Origin: Eledone cirrhosa
Taxonomy: Eukaryota
Assembly (NCBI GenBank): GCA_964016885.1
Contig: OZ024743.1
Span: 72,540,001 to 72,604,000, forward strand
Length of the DNA stretch: 64,000 nucleotides
Direction: 5' to 3'
Position numbers and translations under genes: made by a program. How positions within the stretch are numbered: the stretch's first letter is position 1; each line of letters starts with the position of its first letter. Positions 41,301-56,589 of this stretch are shown here, piece after piece. Below the pieces are notes generated by a model, which was given only the letters and a program-made list of their open reading frames with translations, had not been told where the DNA came from and did not search any database.

Positions 41301-41713
41301 GGTTTTAAATCCAAATTTGTCCTGCTTGTTGTCTGCTTTTCGCGGATTATCGAAATAAAAGGCACGCCAACGCAACCTTTTAATGAACGCGTCTGATTTC
41401 TGTATCAGGAGTTTTAGGTATGTTTTCCTGCTTGGTACGGGTATGTTCTTTGTAGAAATATTCAGATGTTGTTTCTGCATGATGAATATAAGTCAGTAGA
41501 GTGCTCAACCGAAGGAGCCAAATAGTAATAATAATAAAATTGAAGACTAAAATCCAGAGAGGGCTCGATAAGGAAAATATATATCAAATATATAAGAACC
41601 GAAGAGCAAATATTTATTAAATTAAGCAAAGAATCGGTTCTTATATATTTGATATATATTTTCCTTATCGAGCCCTCTCTGGATTTTAGTCTTCAATTTT
41701 ATTATTATTACTA
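38350..41713 (-). mobile_element. Near full-length Penelope-like element (family F8, probably Hydra-clade type) with terminal hairpin 41522-41600/41635-41713
   Basis: Single RT + C-terminal GIY-YIG ORF, 3' UTR/pLTR 38350-39350, inverted tail at the 5' end, (TA)n flanks. Confidence 0.92.
39352..41480 (-). pseudogene. PLE polyprotein: RT (FIQFDI, MGA, YRDD, YLDV, YRKPN..SNHP) + CxCx5C linker + GIY-YIG (IVY..YI, FKQR, CELC..E, LNKKSE..C.H)
   Basis: ORF pieces 40425-41480, 40021-40449 and 39352-40002 join with one frameshift (~40455) and one TGA at a conserved Trp (~40021). Confidence 0.9.
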
Positions 41714-41736
41714 TATATATATATATATATACAGTT

Positions 41737-41781
<45 letters not shown>

Positions 41782-41786
<5 letters not shown>

Positions 41787-43146
41787 AAAAAGGGATGAAA
41801 TCGAAAATGCAACTGAAGTCTTATTTTTTTTTAAAATATATATATTTATTTGGTTCCTTTACCGGTTTCGCAGTTCTTCTGCTTTTCAAAAGGTGAGTTG
41901 AGATGGAGGGTCTGTGGTTTTTCTCACATCTGGTTGGTCTCTAAATGTTACTTGTTTTATATGGAAAAAGTGGCTCGAAGGCCAGGTTTTTCGAGAAGTA
42001 ATTTGATTGGTTTGTCAATAATTATAATAAATTTCGCGCCAGTTCGCGTTACAAGAGTTCTTCAAATAAGAGAGGTTTAATATACATTATGTCAACACCA
42101 CAATATGACATACACACACACACATAACACCTTCTACTTTAGAAAATAAAAACCCGAACTAAATAAACCTTAACATACGTTTGCATTGGCAATACAACAG
42201 CAAACACGAAAAAGTCAGGAAAATATGTTCATTCAAAAATATTCCTACTAAAGGAATCATTTTCCTACACACACACATACACACACACACAATATATATA
42301 TACACACACACAAAATATATATTCTCTCCATCTAACATACTCGCACACACACACATAACACCCATATACACACACACACAACTCCCTCCCCCATCTCTAC
42401 TAATAGAATCATCTTCCAATACACACATACACACACACACACACACATACACACACACAAGCACACAAATAAACACATATCTTCAGTCTCAATAGAAAAT
42501 CTGTACTCTGACACCTGAACTCTGACAGCTGGCCATATTCACTGAACCAGAACATTTCTCCCAATCCCTTTTCCCTTGACCACTATCTCTCCATTGTCAT
42601 AACATTCACTATAAAGACTACAGAATAGTTTTCCAAATAAGGGCGCAAAAATGTAATGAAAACTTGTTCACGTGACAGCCAAATTTCATTTATAACCAAC
42701 CCAAAAAAAGCCTTCGTGAGCCTCATTTTTTCAAGTAAAAAGAAATTAAAACACTCATATATGAAAAAACAACCTGTGACAACCCCCCCCCCCTCTCTTA
42801 TTTGAAGAACTATTGTAACGCGAACTGGCGCGAAATTTGTTATAATTATTGACAAACCAATCAAATTACTTCTCGAAAAACCTGGCCTTCGAGCCACTTT
42901 TTCCATATAAAACAAGTAACATTTAGAGACCAACCAGATGTGAGAAAAACCACAGACCCTCCATCTCAACTCACCTTTTGAAAAGCAGAAGAACTGCGAA
43001 ACCGGTAAAGGAACCAAATAAATATATATATTTTTTTTTAAAATAAGACTTCAGTTGCATTTTCGATTTCATCCCTTTTTCTTTATACTTCCACTCGTGT
43101 AGGACACCTCGGTTATTTTTCATTTTGTAAAAAAAACCTCACTTTC

Positions 43147-43150
<4 letters not shown>
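41782..43150. mobile_element. Fold-back family F9: arms 41782-42075/42795-43085, tail 43086-43150
   Basis: Near-perfect inverted arms (mirror ORFs 41850+/42583-), (TA)n flanks. Confidence 0.85.
42974..43011 (+). ncRNA. Minimal type I hammerhead, U3-A8 core variant (mirror copy ~41856-41893 -)
   Basis: cctt-TTGAAAA-gcag aagaa ctgc-GAAA-ccgg-TA-aagg. Confidence 0.7.
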
Positions 43151-43236
<86 letters not shown>

Positions 43237-43237
43237 A

Positions 43238-43579
<342 letters not shown>

Positions 43580-43659
43580 GTAAATAGAAATAACAACACG
43601 ATTGGTACAGTATATGGAAGGTATATATTAAGTTAACGCTGGAAATAACAGGCAGATGG

Positions 43660-43696
43660 TCTTAACGTTTCGGACGCCAGTCCTTCATCAGAAGAA
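43660..43696 (-). ncRNA. Minimal type I hammerhead in a PLE-like remnant (~43580-43910; relatives at ~24610-24720 and ~51490-51565)
   Basis: tctt-CTGATGA-a-ggac tggc gtcc-GAAACGTTA-aga; palindromic AACGTT. Confidence 0.72.
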
Positions 43697-44006
43697 AGAT
43701 TGAGAAATAAGATAGATTGAGGGGACGGGCGGGATGATATAAATATATATATATAAAGGTTTGTAAAAGATGGTAAATTAACGGAGTCTTTAAAAACAAG
43801 TATAGGTCCTGATTGCCGTTAATCCATTCGGATACCAGCAGAGATTTAGAGCTGTTTCTTTTACTTTAAATCTCTTTGTCATGTCCCGTCTGTCACTTTT
43901 TTCTCTCTAATTTTCCGAAACAAATTGGCTCTGTTCAGGTCGGGGGGGGGGGGGGGGAGTTCCACTAATTTTAATGCGCTCATAAGAATTTGGGTAATAT
44001 AACATC

Positions 44007-44056
<50 letters not shown>

Positions 44057-44235
44057 GGGGTGGTGAATTGGCAGTTTCGGTAGAGAGTCGGACGCCATGC
44101 TTTCCCGCATAGTTACGTCTCTTTACGGTCTGAGTTCAAATCCCGCCGAGCTAAAATTTGCCTTTCATTCTTACGGGGTCGATAAAATAATGTACAGGGT
44201 AATTGCTGCCCTTGTGCCAAAAGTACAAACAATTA
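44057..44235 (+). mobile_element. SINE S1
   Basis: A/B boxes, central domain, tail. Confidence 0.85.
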
Positions 44236-44255
44236 TATATATATATATATATATA

Positions 44256-44447
44256 TAACAAAGTAATTGTGGTAAGGAACCAGATGGACCATAACGCACC
44301 AGAGTACTCAATACTAAGGGTAGTAGAGTGGGAAATAGGAAAAAAGTATGACACCGACGGCAGAGTTCAAGCCGTTTCGAGGGCTATTTCTGGTCCAGAA
44401 ATAGCCGTCGAAACGGCTTGAGCTCTGCCATCGGGGTCATACTTTTT

Positions 44448-44451
<4 letters not shown>
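44256..44451 (-). mobile_element. Hairpin family H copy
   Basis: Tail on the left, hairpin 44336-44451. Confidence 0.85.
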
Positions 44452-44492
<41 letters not shown>

Positions 44493-46537
44493 GGTATAGA
44501 AAGTATTGTAGCAAGAAGCCAACAGTATTCCATAATATATAAGTGACTGTAGCGTCAAATGGGAAAATAGTTAATGTAAGATGTGGGAAAAATAATTCAA
44601 GCTCAATTCAAAAAGAATCAGGATATAGACTTATCCAATAGAATTTAGTGGAATCCAGGGAAAAATCAATAGAGCCTTAAGTCATGATAAAATCAAGTTT
44701 AAAATACTCATCCTTCAATTTGGGACAACTACAAAAGACTATTTCAAGTAAACTTTCAGTGGAGATGGTCACGGTTGGAATAGGATCATCAGCAGAGCTC
44801 AACAGGATAGCCAGATTCTCACTGATTAATATGCCAAAAAGGGAATTTAAAAGCAGGCTAGTTTAACATCATTCGTGATTATGAAAATAAAACGCACATG
44901 TGGAAAAACAGTGCTGGTGACGTCAGAATGAGACGAAAGTTTGTTTACATGAAACAACAGTCAAAAACATTCCGAAAAAACTCTACAATAAGGAGTTCAG
45001 CAAATAGCAATATTATCGCGGTTTTTTTTCAAAAGAATACCGGGATTAGTCACAAATAATTTAAGCACTCTAGGATAGAAATCCGAGTATAAATATATAA
45101 ATAAGAGGTATATATATATGAATATATATACGAGCAAAGAATTATATTTGTGCATAAATAATAATTGTTTCTACTTTTGTCTCAAGGCCAGCAATTACCC
45201 CAGTGCATTACTGGGGCTTTAGTTTATCGACCCCGTAAGAATCAAAGGCAAAGTAAAAGTTACCTTATCCCATATATATGCATGTCGAGATAGATAGATA
45301 CACACACTCACAAATACTCACACATGCACAACCACACACACACACACACACATACACACACACACAAATATGTTTATGCATCTAGACATATACATACGTA
45401 CAGAATAAGACTGTTGGTGAAACAGAAAAGAAATCTGAGGCAGTGTAAGAATTTTGATGATAAATATCTGCACAATTTAAGAATCTTCAAAATAGCTACG
45501 TTCCTTAATTGCTAAATTGTCTAATTAGCGATGTTTTCATTATCGAAATAAAATAACACTTTATGATAAAAACATTTTACAAGGGCAAAACTCTCTCTGC
45601 ATGCATCAGGGGATTTAACGGTTCATGTTAATTGGGTCAGTGAATGACATAATTAATTAATTAATTAAATTAATTAATTAGATTAATGATTTGAAGCTGG
45701 TTGATGAACAAAAGGTAAATTGGTATGCGTGGAAACGCCAATATATTTGTGTGGTTTTAATGAAAGTTTGTAAATTAAAGGAGCAATGAGGTGTAAAGCT
45801 ACTTTAGAAAATACGGTTGTGTATTAGGTAGATATTTGCATGTATGATACTTTATCTCCATATAGGGGAACACTGATTGGTATATATTTACGTTAATCCA
45901 CTAATATATCCCGTATTTCGTGAGGGAGTCGTAGGGGTATCGTACTGACATATGGCGTTTTAAGGCATTTTAAACCTGGCAGAGCACATCCCTCTTCAGG
46001 TTTTAATACAGTACACTTCTTACATAGATGGATAGGGAGTGAGATAGAGAAAGTAAGAAAACGATATAAATGAAGAATCGACCCCACTACTAGACTAGTA
46101 CGTTTTTATTTTTATTATTTTATCGATCTCGAAAGGTGAATTTTACTTCAGCGGGATGTGTAGTCAGAGGTTCGAAAGCCAGACGGAATAACACAAAGCA
46201 CTCTATCCTACATTCCAACGCCGTACTAATTTGCCGCATACATATATAAAAATATATATGTGATTTTGTTTATTTACTTTCTTACAGCATAGCCACGATA
46301 TAACAACAAAGAAAGCACAGCAATTTGCATACACTCTATAATCAATATTGTGTTATCTATTTGAGAGTCGAATGCCTAACGTCTGGATTACAAAAATCCC
46401 TAGTTATCTTGCTCTTCGAGTTTATACACACACACACACGCACACACACACACACGCACACACGCACACACACACACGCACACACACACACACGCACACA
46501 CACACACACACACACATACACATACACACACACACAC

Positions 46538-46599
<62 letters not shown>

Positions 46600-46649
46600 C
46601 AATCGTTATGGAGCCCTCTTCGGATGTTGCTCTTCTTATTTATCATCAC

Positions 46650-46685
<36 letters not shown>

Positions 46686-47789
46686 CTTATGTGTTGTGTG
46701 TGTTTGCTTGTGTGTTGTGTGTGGGGGGTGTTGCGTGTGTATACGTGTGCATTGCATATTTAATAATATTTCTTATTTTTAAAATTGACATGAAAATGTT
46801 TTAAAATTATGAAACTTTAAATTACCATTTTCATGTAAATATGGCTTATAATGATATTTTCATAATTATGTTTCTACGTATATTTTAGTTATAGTGTGTG
46901 TACTATCAATACAGAATACTGAAGCTATATTTATGGGAACGATTTTTGAAAAGAAAGTTTTACATTACAAACGCTACAAATTAGCAAGGCTGTTTAAATA
47001 CTCACTCTTCTGGAACCAAGAAAATAAAGTCTTTCATTTCTCAAAAGATGTTTCTTTATAGGAAGTACGATAGTTATCACAATACCATCTAATACGCCAA
47101 ACTGATTCCTCAGGGTTAGTTTTCTATGAAATAGGTGCAATGTTTTAGGAGATATTCTTTATGGAGAACTTGCTATTAATGTAGCTATGCTTCCTTAAAA
47201 TAGAACATAAACTCAAAATGTATTTATCCATCACAAAATATACTCTTCAACTTTATAAAACATTTTGTATTTACATAGCTATGGGTGCTAGGAAATGAGA
47301 CACACATAATTGGATTTGAACTCAGTGTGAAGAGAGACGGGCGAACACTGCAAATCACTCTTTCTAACTTTCTCTACGAGAATATTATATGGCAAGGAAA
47401 ATCAGATAAACCTATATTATAAAGGTTGTTTGAATGGCAAAATGTTAATGTTGCTTAGAAGACATCTAGCAAGCAATACATACGATTCTCAAATATCTAG
47501 AATATAACCATTGATTCTTTAGTTCAACTTACCCTGTTTATTCAAATCCAGTTTAACTATAAATGAATCCCCAACGTCTTAGTAAACATTAAAACCGTCA
47601 TCAATCTATATTCTTGCATATGTACCTGACAATATATTCTGTTAATTCTCTATATCCATCACAGCCTACGTCAGTATACTATATATGGGAGTGATATATA
47701 AAGTCAAACATGAATAATACATAATTTTGATGATTTAGTGTCAGAAATATGGAAGAGTATAACCCACTATTTAAACACTCACACGCGTG

Positions 47790-48220
47790 AGTGTGGTATA
47801 CATACATATGTACAAATAACAGAAAACATGAAAAGAAAACTGAATGGAATAACAACAACGACCATACACAAACAAACAATACTGACTTAAGGGAAATATA
47901 AATAAATAAATAAATATATACATACGTACAATAACAACAAACACATATAAACACACACTAGTAAATAAATAAACAAATATAGAATACAACAACCAAAATA
48001 CATACACTCAAACGTGAACACAGACACGAAACATTATACACACGCCAATGCAAATGCAGAGGAGACGGAGAAAAGAGGAAATAAATAAGTAAATAAATAA
48101 ATAAATAAGTAAATAAGATAAAAATAGTGTAGACATACAATACAATACAATACAACAAGTGGAAACATAATAGTACCACTGATGATATTGCAGATGTGCA
48201 ACGAAAGAGCTTTGTTAGAT

Positions 48221-48289
<69 letters not shown>

Positions 48290-48350
48290 GTGTATAATTG
48301 GGAGAGGAAATGGTATATATTTTATCTGGTGATTCTATAGACATGTCTTA

Positions 48351-48438
<88 letters not shown>

Positions 48439-48610
48439 ATCTGTATTTTAAACCACTGGTCAATCAATGATAAACATTGATTGCCAAATAAATTAGCTGT
48501 GGAGATATAGAAGATACGGAAGCGAAAACCAACGAAACAGTGAGTGTGTTCTGTTATTATTTCTGGCAATATTATAACAACAATATGACCCTCTCCAAGT
48601 GTAACAATAT
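47790..48610 (+). mobile_element. F6 single-arm copy with hammerhead-like motif at 48172-48218, split by expanded (TA)n
   Basis: Colinear with 36130-36676. Confidence 0.7.
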
Positions 48611-48623
48611 ATATATATATATT

Positions 48624-48998
48624 CTAAGCCGGGTAAAATTCCCGAGATCCATGGACGAGTTCTCTCCAGCGGTCTCTGTCCCTCATTATCGCTGCCATGT
48701 CCTGCGTCTCCAACAGAAGAGTGTCTCTCCTTAGGGCATCAACATACGTTAACCTTGGTCTTCCTCTTCTAGTGTGTCCATGTAGGGCCTCCCAAAGGAG
48801 CACTGAATGCAATGTCAACGCTGGAAGTCAGTGAGCATGTCCAGCTTACCTCAGTCTCCTCTGTGTCACTTTTGAGTTGACTTTTGGGATGCTCCGATAC
48901 AGCTCTGAGTTTTTCATTCTCAGTGTATACTGATTAATGTTCAGAGCCATCCTCAACATTCTTGTGTAGCACCCATCCACCATCTGAGTGAGTTTCTT

Positions 48999-49000
<2 letters not shown>
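48624..49000 (-). mobile_element. RTE-clade LINE 3' fragment
   Basis: DGCYTRMLRMALNI...RRLR*AGH...LLWE..HG..RRGRPRLTYVD. Confidence 0.8.
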
Positions 49001-49031
<31 letters not shown>

Positions 49032-49034
<3 letters not shown>

Positions 49035-49121
49035 GAAGGTTTTGTGGTAAGGAACCAGATTGACCATAACGCACCAGAATACTCAATAATTAGGGTAGTA
49101 GATTGGGTCATACTTGTTCCT
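49032..49121 (-). mobile_element. Tail-only copy of hairpin family H
   Basis: Similar to 44256-44340. Confidence 0.7.
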
Positions 49122-49141
49122 GTATACATATATATATATAT

Positions 49142-50868
49142 GGTAATAATAATATATTTGAAGACTAAAATCTAAAGAGGGCTCGATAAGGATAAATATA
49201 TATCAAATATATAAGAACCGTAGAGCAAATATTTATTAAAATAACAGATTAAAGTTTAAGCAAAGAATAGCTGCTTTCACCCTTAACGGGATCTTCTGAA
49301 ACTAACAAAGTCAATCTGTGAACGCAGAAGTGAATATTTCAAAAAACGTTGCAACCGGAGGAAGACAAGAAGACGATACTTTGGTTCGTGAAAACGTTCC
49401 CTGGCAAAGAACGGAAAAAACGAATAATACGTCATTTGGCAGTATCGGTAGAGGGTCGGACGCCATGCTTTGACGCATAGAGTTACGGTCCTTGCCATTC
49501 TGAGTTCAAATCCCGCCGAGGTTAACTTTGCCTTTCATCCTTTCGGGGTCGATAAAATAAAGTACCAGTAATGCACTGGGTAATTGCTGGCCTTGTGCCA
49601 AATGTAGAAACAATTATTTGGAGCAGTGAAAAACAATTACACGCAAAAACTAAACCACGTTTATGGTATAAAAGAAGTCGTAGACTAATATTCTATTAGG
49701 TGGTTCATAGAGACGTTCTCTGGCAATGAACGGAAAAACGAAGATAATACGTCATATTGGGAGCTGGAAGAACAATTGCACGCAAAGACAAAACCACGTA
49801 AATAGTACAACTGAAGTCGTAGACTAAAATTCTAACTAGGAAACCGAATGATTCTCGATTCAGAGTTATGAATAAAGTAAATAAAATACAGAGGTAATTG
49901 AAATTAAATAAATACATACAGGCATCCATATACGTACATACACACCATACGCGAAAACACTCGCCATAGGTATACAAATACACACACGTACACACACGAA
50001 AAAAACAAAAAAACAAAAAAAAACAGCACGCACATACAGAACCCACGCAACGCCTGTACCCACATGCATACGAATGTATACACCAAATACACATAAAAAT
50101 ATATATAAAAATATATATATACATATATATATATGTGTGTGCATGTATACATATTATTAAATAAACGTATATAAATAAATAAATACGTATATAACAAGCG
50201 CACACACATACCTACATGTAAATACACATATGTTCGGAGACATACGTCAACCAAAACACGAAGTACACATATACACACACCCTACATACGTACCAACCCG
50301 CATACTCACACAGACGCAAAACTCATGTATACACATAACCAAAAGCATATGTACCAAAATATATAATATATACGCCATAACATATACAATCAAATACACG
50401 TACGAGAAAGTATACGTTCCTTCACAAAACATACAAGTAATATATAGTTACCTATACAAATAAGTAAAGGTATAAACATAGCATATACTTAGCTACCACA
50501 TCAAGACGTAAAATATCCGCGTATAGTTCGTACTATCCGTTAGGGTATAATGTGGGGTTGTAATACAGGAAAGTTTTGTGCAATTTATGTTTACAAGCCG
50601 AAATTGCCTCAGATTTTTTTGTTTAAGATGTGGTCTTTGGCGTAGAGTATTTCTAGAGCCTCAGCGGCGATTTAGCCCTAGCTAGGATCTCCCAGTGTAA
50701 ATTATATTGGGTGTGGTTGTATTTTAGACTCCAGATATAAGCTGAAAGTGACGTCATATTCCTTCTTAGAGGGTAACGAAAAGAATGGGTATGCATGTAA
50801 AGACGGTGCTTGAATATATTGGCGGTTAACCCTATGTAGGCCCAACGGGACGTGGGTGTTTCAACCTT
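49142..50868 (-). mobile_element. F8 5'-truncated copy with tail, no inverted arm
   Basis: Colinear with 38350-39720 (GIY-YIG end + 3' UTR); tail 49142-49232. Confidence 0.88.
49436..49618 (+). mobile_element. SINE S1 inserted in F8
   Basis: Absent at the equivalent site (~38555); atttgg at both junctions. Confidence 0.9.
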
Positions 50869-51041
50869 ATATATGTATAAGTATTAAGGTGCAAATAAAT
50901 TGCATCCATAGGCAGTATGCGGAATGAGTAATCGATGTTCTTGTGGAGGAGAATATCAATAATATCAATATATAAGGGAACAGAGAATCAGTGTTGCATC
51001 ATATACATATTTAATTAAATATATATATATATATGTGTGTG

Positions 51042-51161
<120 letters not shown>

Positions 51162-52173
51162 TATGTGCGTATGTATGTATGTATATGGCGGATAGCAATA
51201 CCACCATGATAGTTAATTTCTATATTAGTGAGCTCTTACCGAACGAAAAAGCTGTCCCGGGCAAAGTGTGTTAAACTACTGGGTGAGATGGAAAAATTAC
51301 TTACGATTGTCGGAAACATATTCCTGCTACTAAGTGTTCTTGCACTCTTTTCAAATTATCCCGTTTCAATGATTGAAAGGGCATCATTTGACATTATATA
51401 TGTCAATCGACTTTTAATGTTTTTAATTCTTGGATCTATCGGATCTATTCATTAGAATCTTTGAGCGTATATATATATACCCTCTTCCTGCTTTAGCAAG
51501 CGTTAACCTAATATATCCCTTCCATATACTGTACCGATTTTATTGTTATTTCTGTTTACCTTTTATAAATATATAAATATATACTGTCAACAGGCTGCGG
51601 TTCGCACACACATCCCTCCTGATCATTATCACAACAACGAACCTCTTTACTACTACTACTACACACACACACACATATTTGTTTTGAAAGACTTATTCCT
51701 CAGCGACTTCTTAATCAGCCGACACAAACCTACATTTGGCGCAAAATCAATTTTTAACATTCACATGACCGCTACCGACCAATCAAAATTGCTTTGACCA
51801 CAAGAATTTTTGCAACACGAATTGGCGCAAACTTATTTTAATACCGCTGGACCCACTTTGTTAACATACAAACAAGTAGAATTCCCCAAACTAATCAGAT
51901 CAGAGCAAACATCATGGACGCTCTATCTCAAAATTATTTTTGAAACGCATTAGAAATGCGCAACCGGTAAAACTTAAAACAAAAACTGAATACTAACCAA
52001 TACTATTACTAATTCTCACTTATTCCTAATTAAACTATTTTTCACTGTGAACAATTTGTCAGCATTTTCTTTTCCGTTTACCAATATATATATTAATCAC
52101 CTCATTTACACAGACGAGAAAACTATATATTCTCGGCTGTTTTCATGTCCAGTAGTCGCAGAGCAGTGGGAGA

Positions 52174-52219
52174 GATCGTCCTGACGATGGACAGTCAAGC
52201 CTGAAATGCATAGACGGTT
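52174..52219 (+). ncRNA. Type I hammerhead ribozyme in a PLE-like 3' remnant (~51590-52330)
   Basis: gatcgtc-CTGACGA-stem II-GAAA-tgca-TA-gacggtt; 7-bp stem I (2 G-U pairs), palindromic ATGCAT. Confidence 0.75.
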
Positions 52220-52373
52220 GGCCCCCTTGCGTCTGCAAAACAACACCAGAGGGCGTTAGCCCCAAAACCCCCGGTGTTCGCATATCTACGGCTTCCTATA
52301 ATCGTATTTCTTTCGATATACGAAATTTCTACACATATTGTATAAAGCTATGCTTGAAGCGATATCCTATTTG

Positions 52374-52473
<100 letters not shown>

Positions 52474-54702
52474 GTGTGTGTGGTGTGTGTGTGGTGTGTG
52501 TGTGAGTGTCTATGTGTGTGTCTGTGTGGTTGTGTGTGTGTCTGTGTGTCTGTGTGTGTGTGTGTGTGCGTGCGTATCATACATACTAACATAATAAAAC
52601 CATCGCTATTAATGTTCACCTATCACTGATGCATCATATTTTACTCCAGAAAATTTAAGACAGATTTTTCTAGCCAAATAATTAGATATTTTTAAATAAT
52701 TAATCAATGTAATATTTAATTAATCATTTGAAAGAACAAATAATTAAATGAGAATGTAATTTTTAGAAGATGTTAATTACACACTTAATTGTAACCTAGA
52801 TATTCATAAATATATTCTAAGCTCGGAAATTGTGTTGCGAATTGAAAAGTAAATGTAGCAACAACGTACTAATAGTTATGTGGACTAAAATTTTATGGAT
52901 GTATATATTTTAGTTGCGCCTGGGTATTATTACAGAACAGAGATTAGGGCAACGAGTGTATGATCGTTGCACTTGTGACAGAAATCAGCTCTTGTGTGTG
53001 GAAGTCAATCATCTCTGTTCCAGAATGTCCATGATTATATAATCTCTAATTTTCAATTTTAGTTTCTCGATTTATACATTGTTAAAATATGAGACGCCTT
53101 AATAGAACACTATTTGTATGGGGAGGGGGGGGGGGTGCATGGGTTTTCTATGTGTGTGCTTCGTCTTTTCCAAATGGCTGTTATGGGTTTTCTATGTAAA
53201 TACTGCGTGTTTTCTATATGGGTGTATTGTTTTTTTCTATCTAAGTCCCTTTGTAACATATATGGTTGTCATAAATGTTATCGAAAAAGCAATATAATAA
53301 TAATAATAATGAAAATTATTATGTACAGTGTTGTGGTGCACTACACCTAATCAAAGGTGCATGTATAGTACAGAGAATAATGTACAAAAGTCAGACAAGT
53401 GAACAGTGTATGAGTCATGATATACACACAGATTCACATACATGCGTACTTGTGTATGGAAGGGGAATAGCAGGAGTAGTGTGGCGAATGTCGGGAAGAA
53501 TGGACGTTTTGAAGGATGCAGTGTCCCAACAGCTAAACACATATGCAAATAGTTTGCTTTAGCAACTCTGACCCTGAAAATATGTTTCCGAAAGTCATCG
53601 GAGCGTTACTGTTTTCTGATTTTGTATTATCACAATTATTGGCGTGGACACGTTTGCAGTTCCAGATACAAAATCTATCTCGGATCTAGATATTGAGCAT
53701 TACTTAACTAAATTACTTGACCTGTAATATAAACTACCTAGAACCACATACTAAACAGTATTCGTCCCTATATTAATTCTACATTTATAGAAATGAAGAA
53801 AGAAAGATACAATTCAGCGTAGAGAAAAACAAACCTTACTACAGCTCACGACCATTTCTTCTCCCTGCTCTTATTCATATCTATGGCATTAATATGATTT
53901 TTTAGATTGTTTATAGCCATAACGGCATAATTATCATAAACATACTGATTTATCCTGAGTAATCTAAAGTAAAATATTAAATAAGCATCATAAGTGGACT
54001 CTATAAGCATATTAGTCAACTGAACCATGAACAACAACAATTGTATACATTTACCAACGTTGCATTGATTCACTGTGTTACCGGAACTATTTCTGTAGAA
54101 TAATTTCCTAAATTTATTTTCATCGGATACATTTATTAGTGTAACAAATTTTCATAGAATAATGTTGTAAATATATTTTTATTGAAGCAACATTATTATC
54201 CAAACGGTTTTCTATAGCATACTTTAGGAAATGTATACTTTGCAGAGTGGTTTGCAAACACTCAATTATTTTTTAATTCAGAATACATTTTAATATGAAA
54301 TAAAATACAATTACCATGCAAAATATATTCTAAAAGTGCAGTAAGAGAAATTCTATTTGTTCTGTTTCATATTTTAATATCGTAGTAAATACATTATTCA
54401 TGTGATTCAGTTACAACTTTTATTTTTAGTAGTTCTGTTTTCATTTCTCATTTCGATGTCGGCCATCAAACTTACACAAATCACAAGACTATGGAAAATA
54501 TGTTAATCTATAATCGTCATCCTCCCACTCACACAACACATACTACACAATAAAATAAGGCTAGAAGAAGCAAAGCATAGAAAAAATCATATTATACGAA
54601 ACGTAAAAATATCCCTAACTTCGAAATAAATGTTATATAATTCTTTGATGAGTTGTAGTGCACCTGAGCATTGTACACAATAATTTTCATTATTTTTATT
54701 AT

Positions 54703-54893
54703 TTGACAGTATTGGTAGAGCATCAGGCACCATGCTTTGCAACATAGAGGTATGGCCCTTTAATTTCTGAGTTCAAATCCCGTCGAGGTTTGCTTTGTCT
54801 TTCATTTTCATTCTTACGTGGTCAATATAATAAAGCACCAGTAATGCACTGGGATAATTTCTGGCCTTGTGCCTATAGTAGAAACAATTATTA
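54703..54893 (+). mobile_element. SINE S1
   Basis: B box gagttcaaatccc, central domain, tail. Confidence 0.8.
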
Positions 54894-56589
54894 TAATTCT
54901 CAACCTGGTGGTTCTATGTAAGCTCACGTGAAACCAACAGTAATAATACATAGATGTTATCATGTGGTTTACAATTGAGTAGAAAGTAAAAAGGGCTTAC
55001 TAATGAATATTCTAGAAATTAAAGTTGTGTTTAAACACAATTATTTTCAATAGAAAATATACATCACAAAGACTGTCTAGGTCACAATGTTGCTGAAATG
55101 TTAAATGGTAGAATAGAAACTAGAAAACCGATGTTGTTTTGACAAGAAAACAATAAACCTGTCAACAATATACGATGTATTTCAAATGAAAATGAAATAT
55201 TGATCGATTTTACTTACATCTTCTAAAATATCACCTTAATAAATTGTGAAGCAGGAGTCGAGTGGTTAGTTTTGGTTCTTAAAATGTATATAGTAAATTC
55301 TAATTAAAATATAGAAATTCAAAAGTTATACTGATGTGGAAAACAATGATATAAACCAACATATATGACAAGGAATTGTCTGATTAACATATAATCGATT
55401 AACTGAAATAATATATGATGCGGGATATGGGAGAAAAATATAAAATGGAAAGATCGATACTGACAAGTTTATAGTTTCCTATAAATTCAAATACTTGAAA
55501 ATGGAATTAGAAAAGTATCCGTCAGATCGAATCAGAAGATTTCGTTTCTCAAGAAATATGGAATAGTATATTGAATGTATTACATTCTATCTAAATATGA
55601 TTTGTTTTTATATTTGTGGTAAGAAAAGCATTTCACCACAACAACGCTTAAGAGATTAACACCTAAATATTAAGTTCTAATAGCCATAACTACGTATATT
55701 TATTTATTTGGAGGGATATTTTAGTTATTTGTAGAACGGTATGAATGTATTCTTTTCATAGTTCTATGATTATATAGGTCACGTGTCATATTTATCTCCA
55801 CTTTTTCTTTCATTCTCTATTTCTCTCTCGTAAATATATATTACATTATTCATCTACATACCATTATGAATAAATGTGGCATGTACTGCCAGTATACATT
55901 GGAATATTTACAAATAAATCAGGCTGATTTTTTTATACTGATAAGAAAATATTATTGGATATATCTCTAGAAATCAAAGAACCGCTATAGATGTCAGACA
56001 TGGAAGGCTTTGATTACTGAAACACGGTCTTCCACTTCGCATATATCTTAAACAATACTTAGCAAAATGTTATTTTAACGCTAGTTTTATTTGTCTTCAT
56101 AACATTTCTACGCTATTTTGTTTTTTTTTTTCACTTATTTTGCCACATAAAATATATTCTTATTCTGCAATTTACGGACTCATATTGCTGCTATATATTA
56201 ACCTTGTGAAGTTATTTATGAAATATAAACAACTTGCTCTTGGTCACCCCAATAATCTAGCGTGCAGGCACAAAGGGAACTTTATTTATTACATTGTCAT
56301 TTATAGAAAAGACACAGGGGTAAACAATTGTCGTAAAATATTAAAATAAAAGAAAATCAATAATAAGAATGATTTCTAATCTTAGCCGAAGACCTACAAT
56401 TTGTGGGGAGGAGAAAGGCAATTATAAAGACCCAGGATTTGTCTGGTTCTTTAAAGTACCGACTCCGGAAGAATGAATGGCAACTTTGAACTCGGCTGGA
56501 TTTGAACGTAATAGAGTTAAAGGGATAACGAAATAGTGCAAAATAGTTGTCTAACGCTGTACCAATTCTGCCAATACAGATAATAATAT

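Noticed and set aside
41782-43085. DNA transposon/MITE with long TIRs
   Set aside because: Asymmetric tail, hammerheads in the arms, and related structures contain RT/GIY-YIG rather than transposase
53830-54080. Possible host exon on the minus strand (75-aa ORF, gtaagg nearby)
   Set aside because: No recognisable protein motif or clear acceptor; cannot be supported without transcript data
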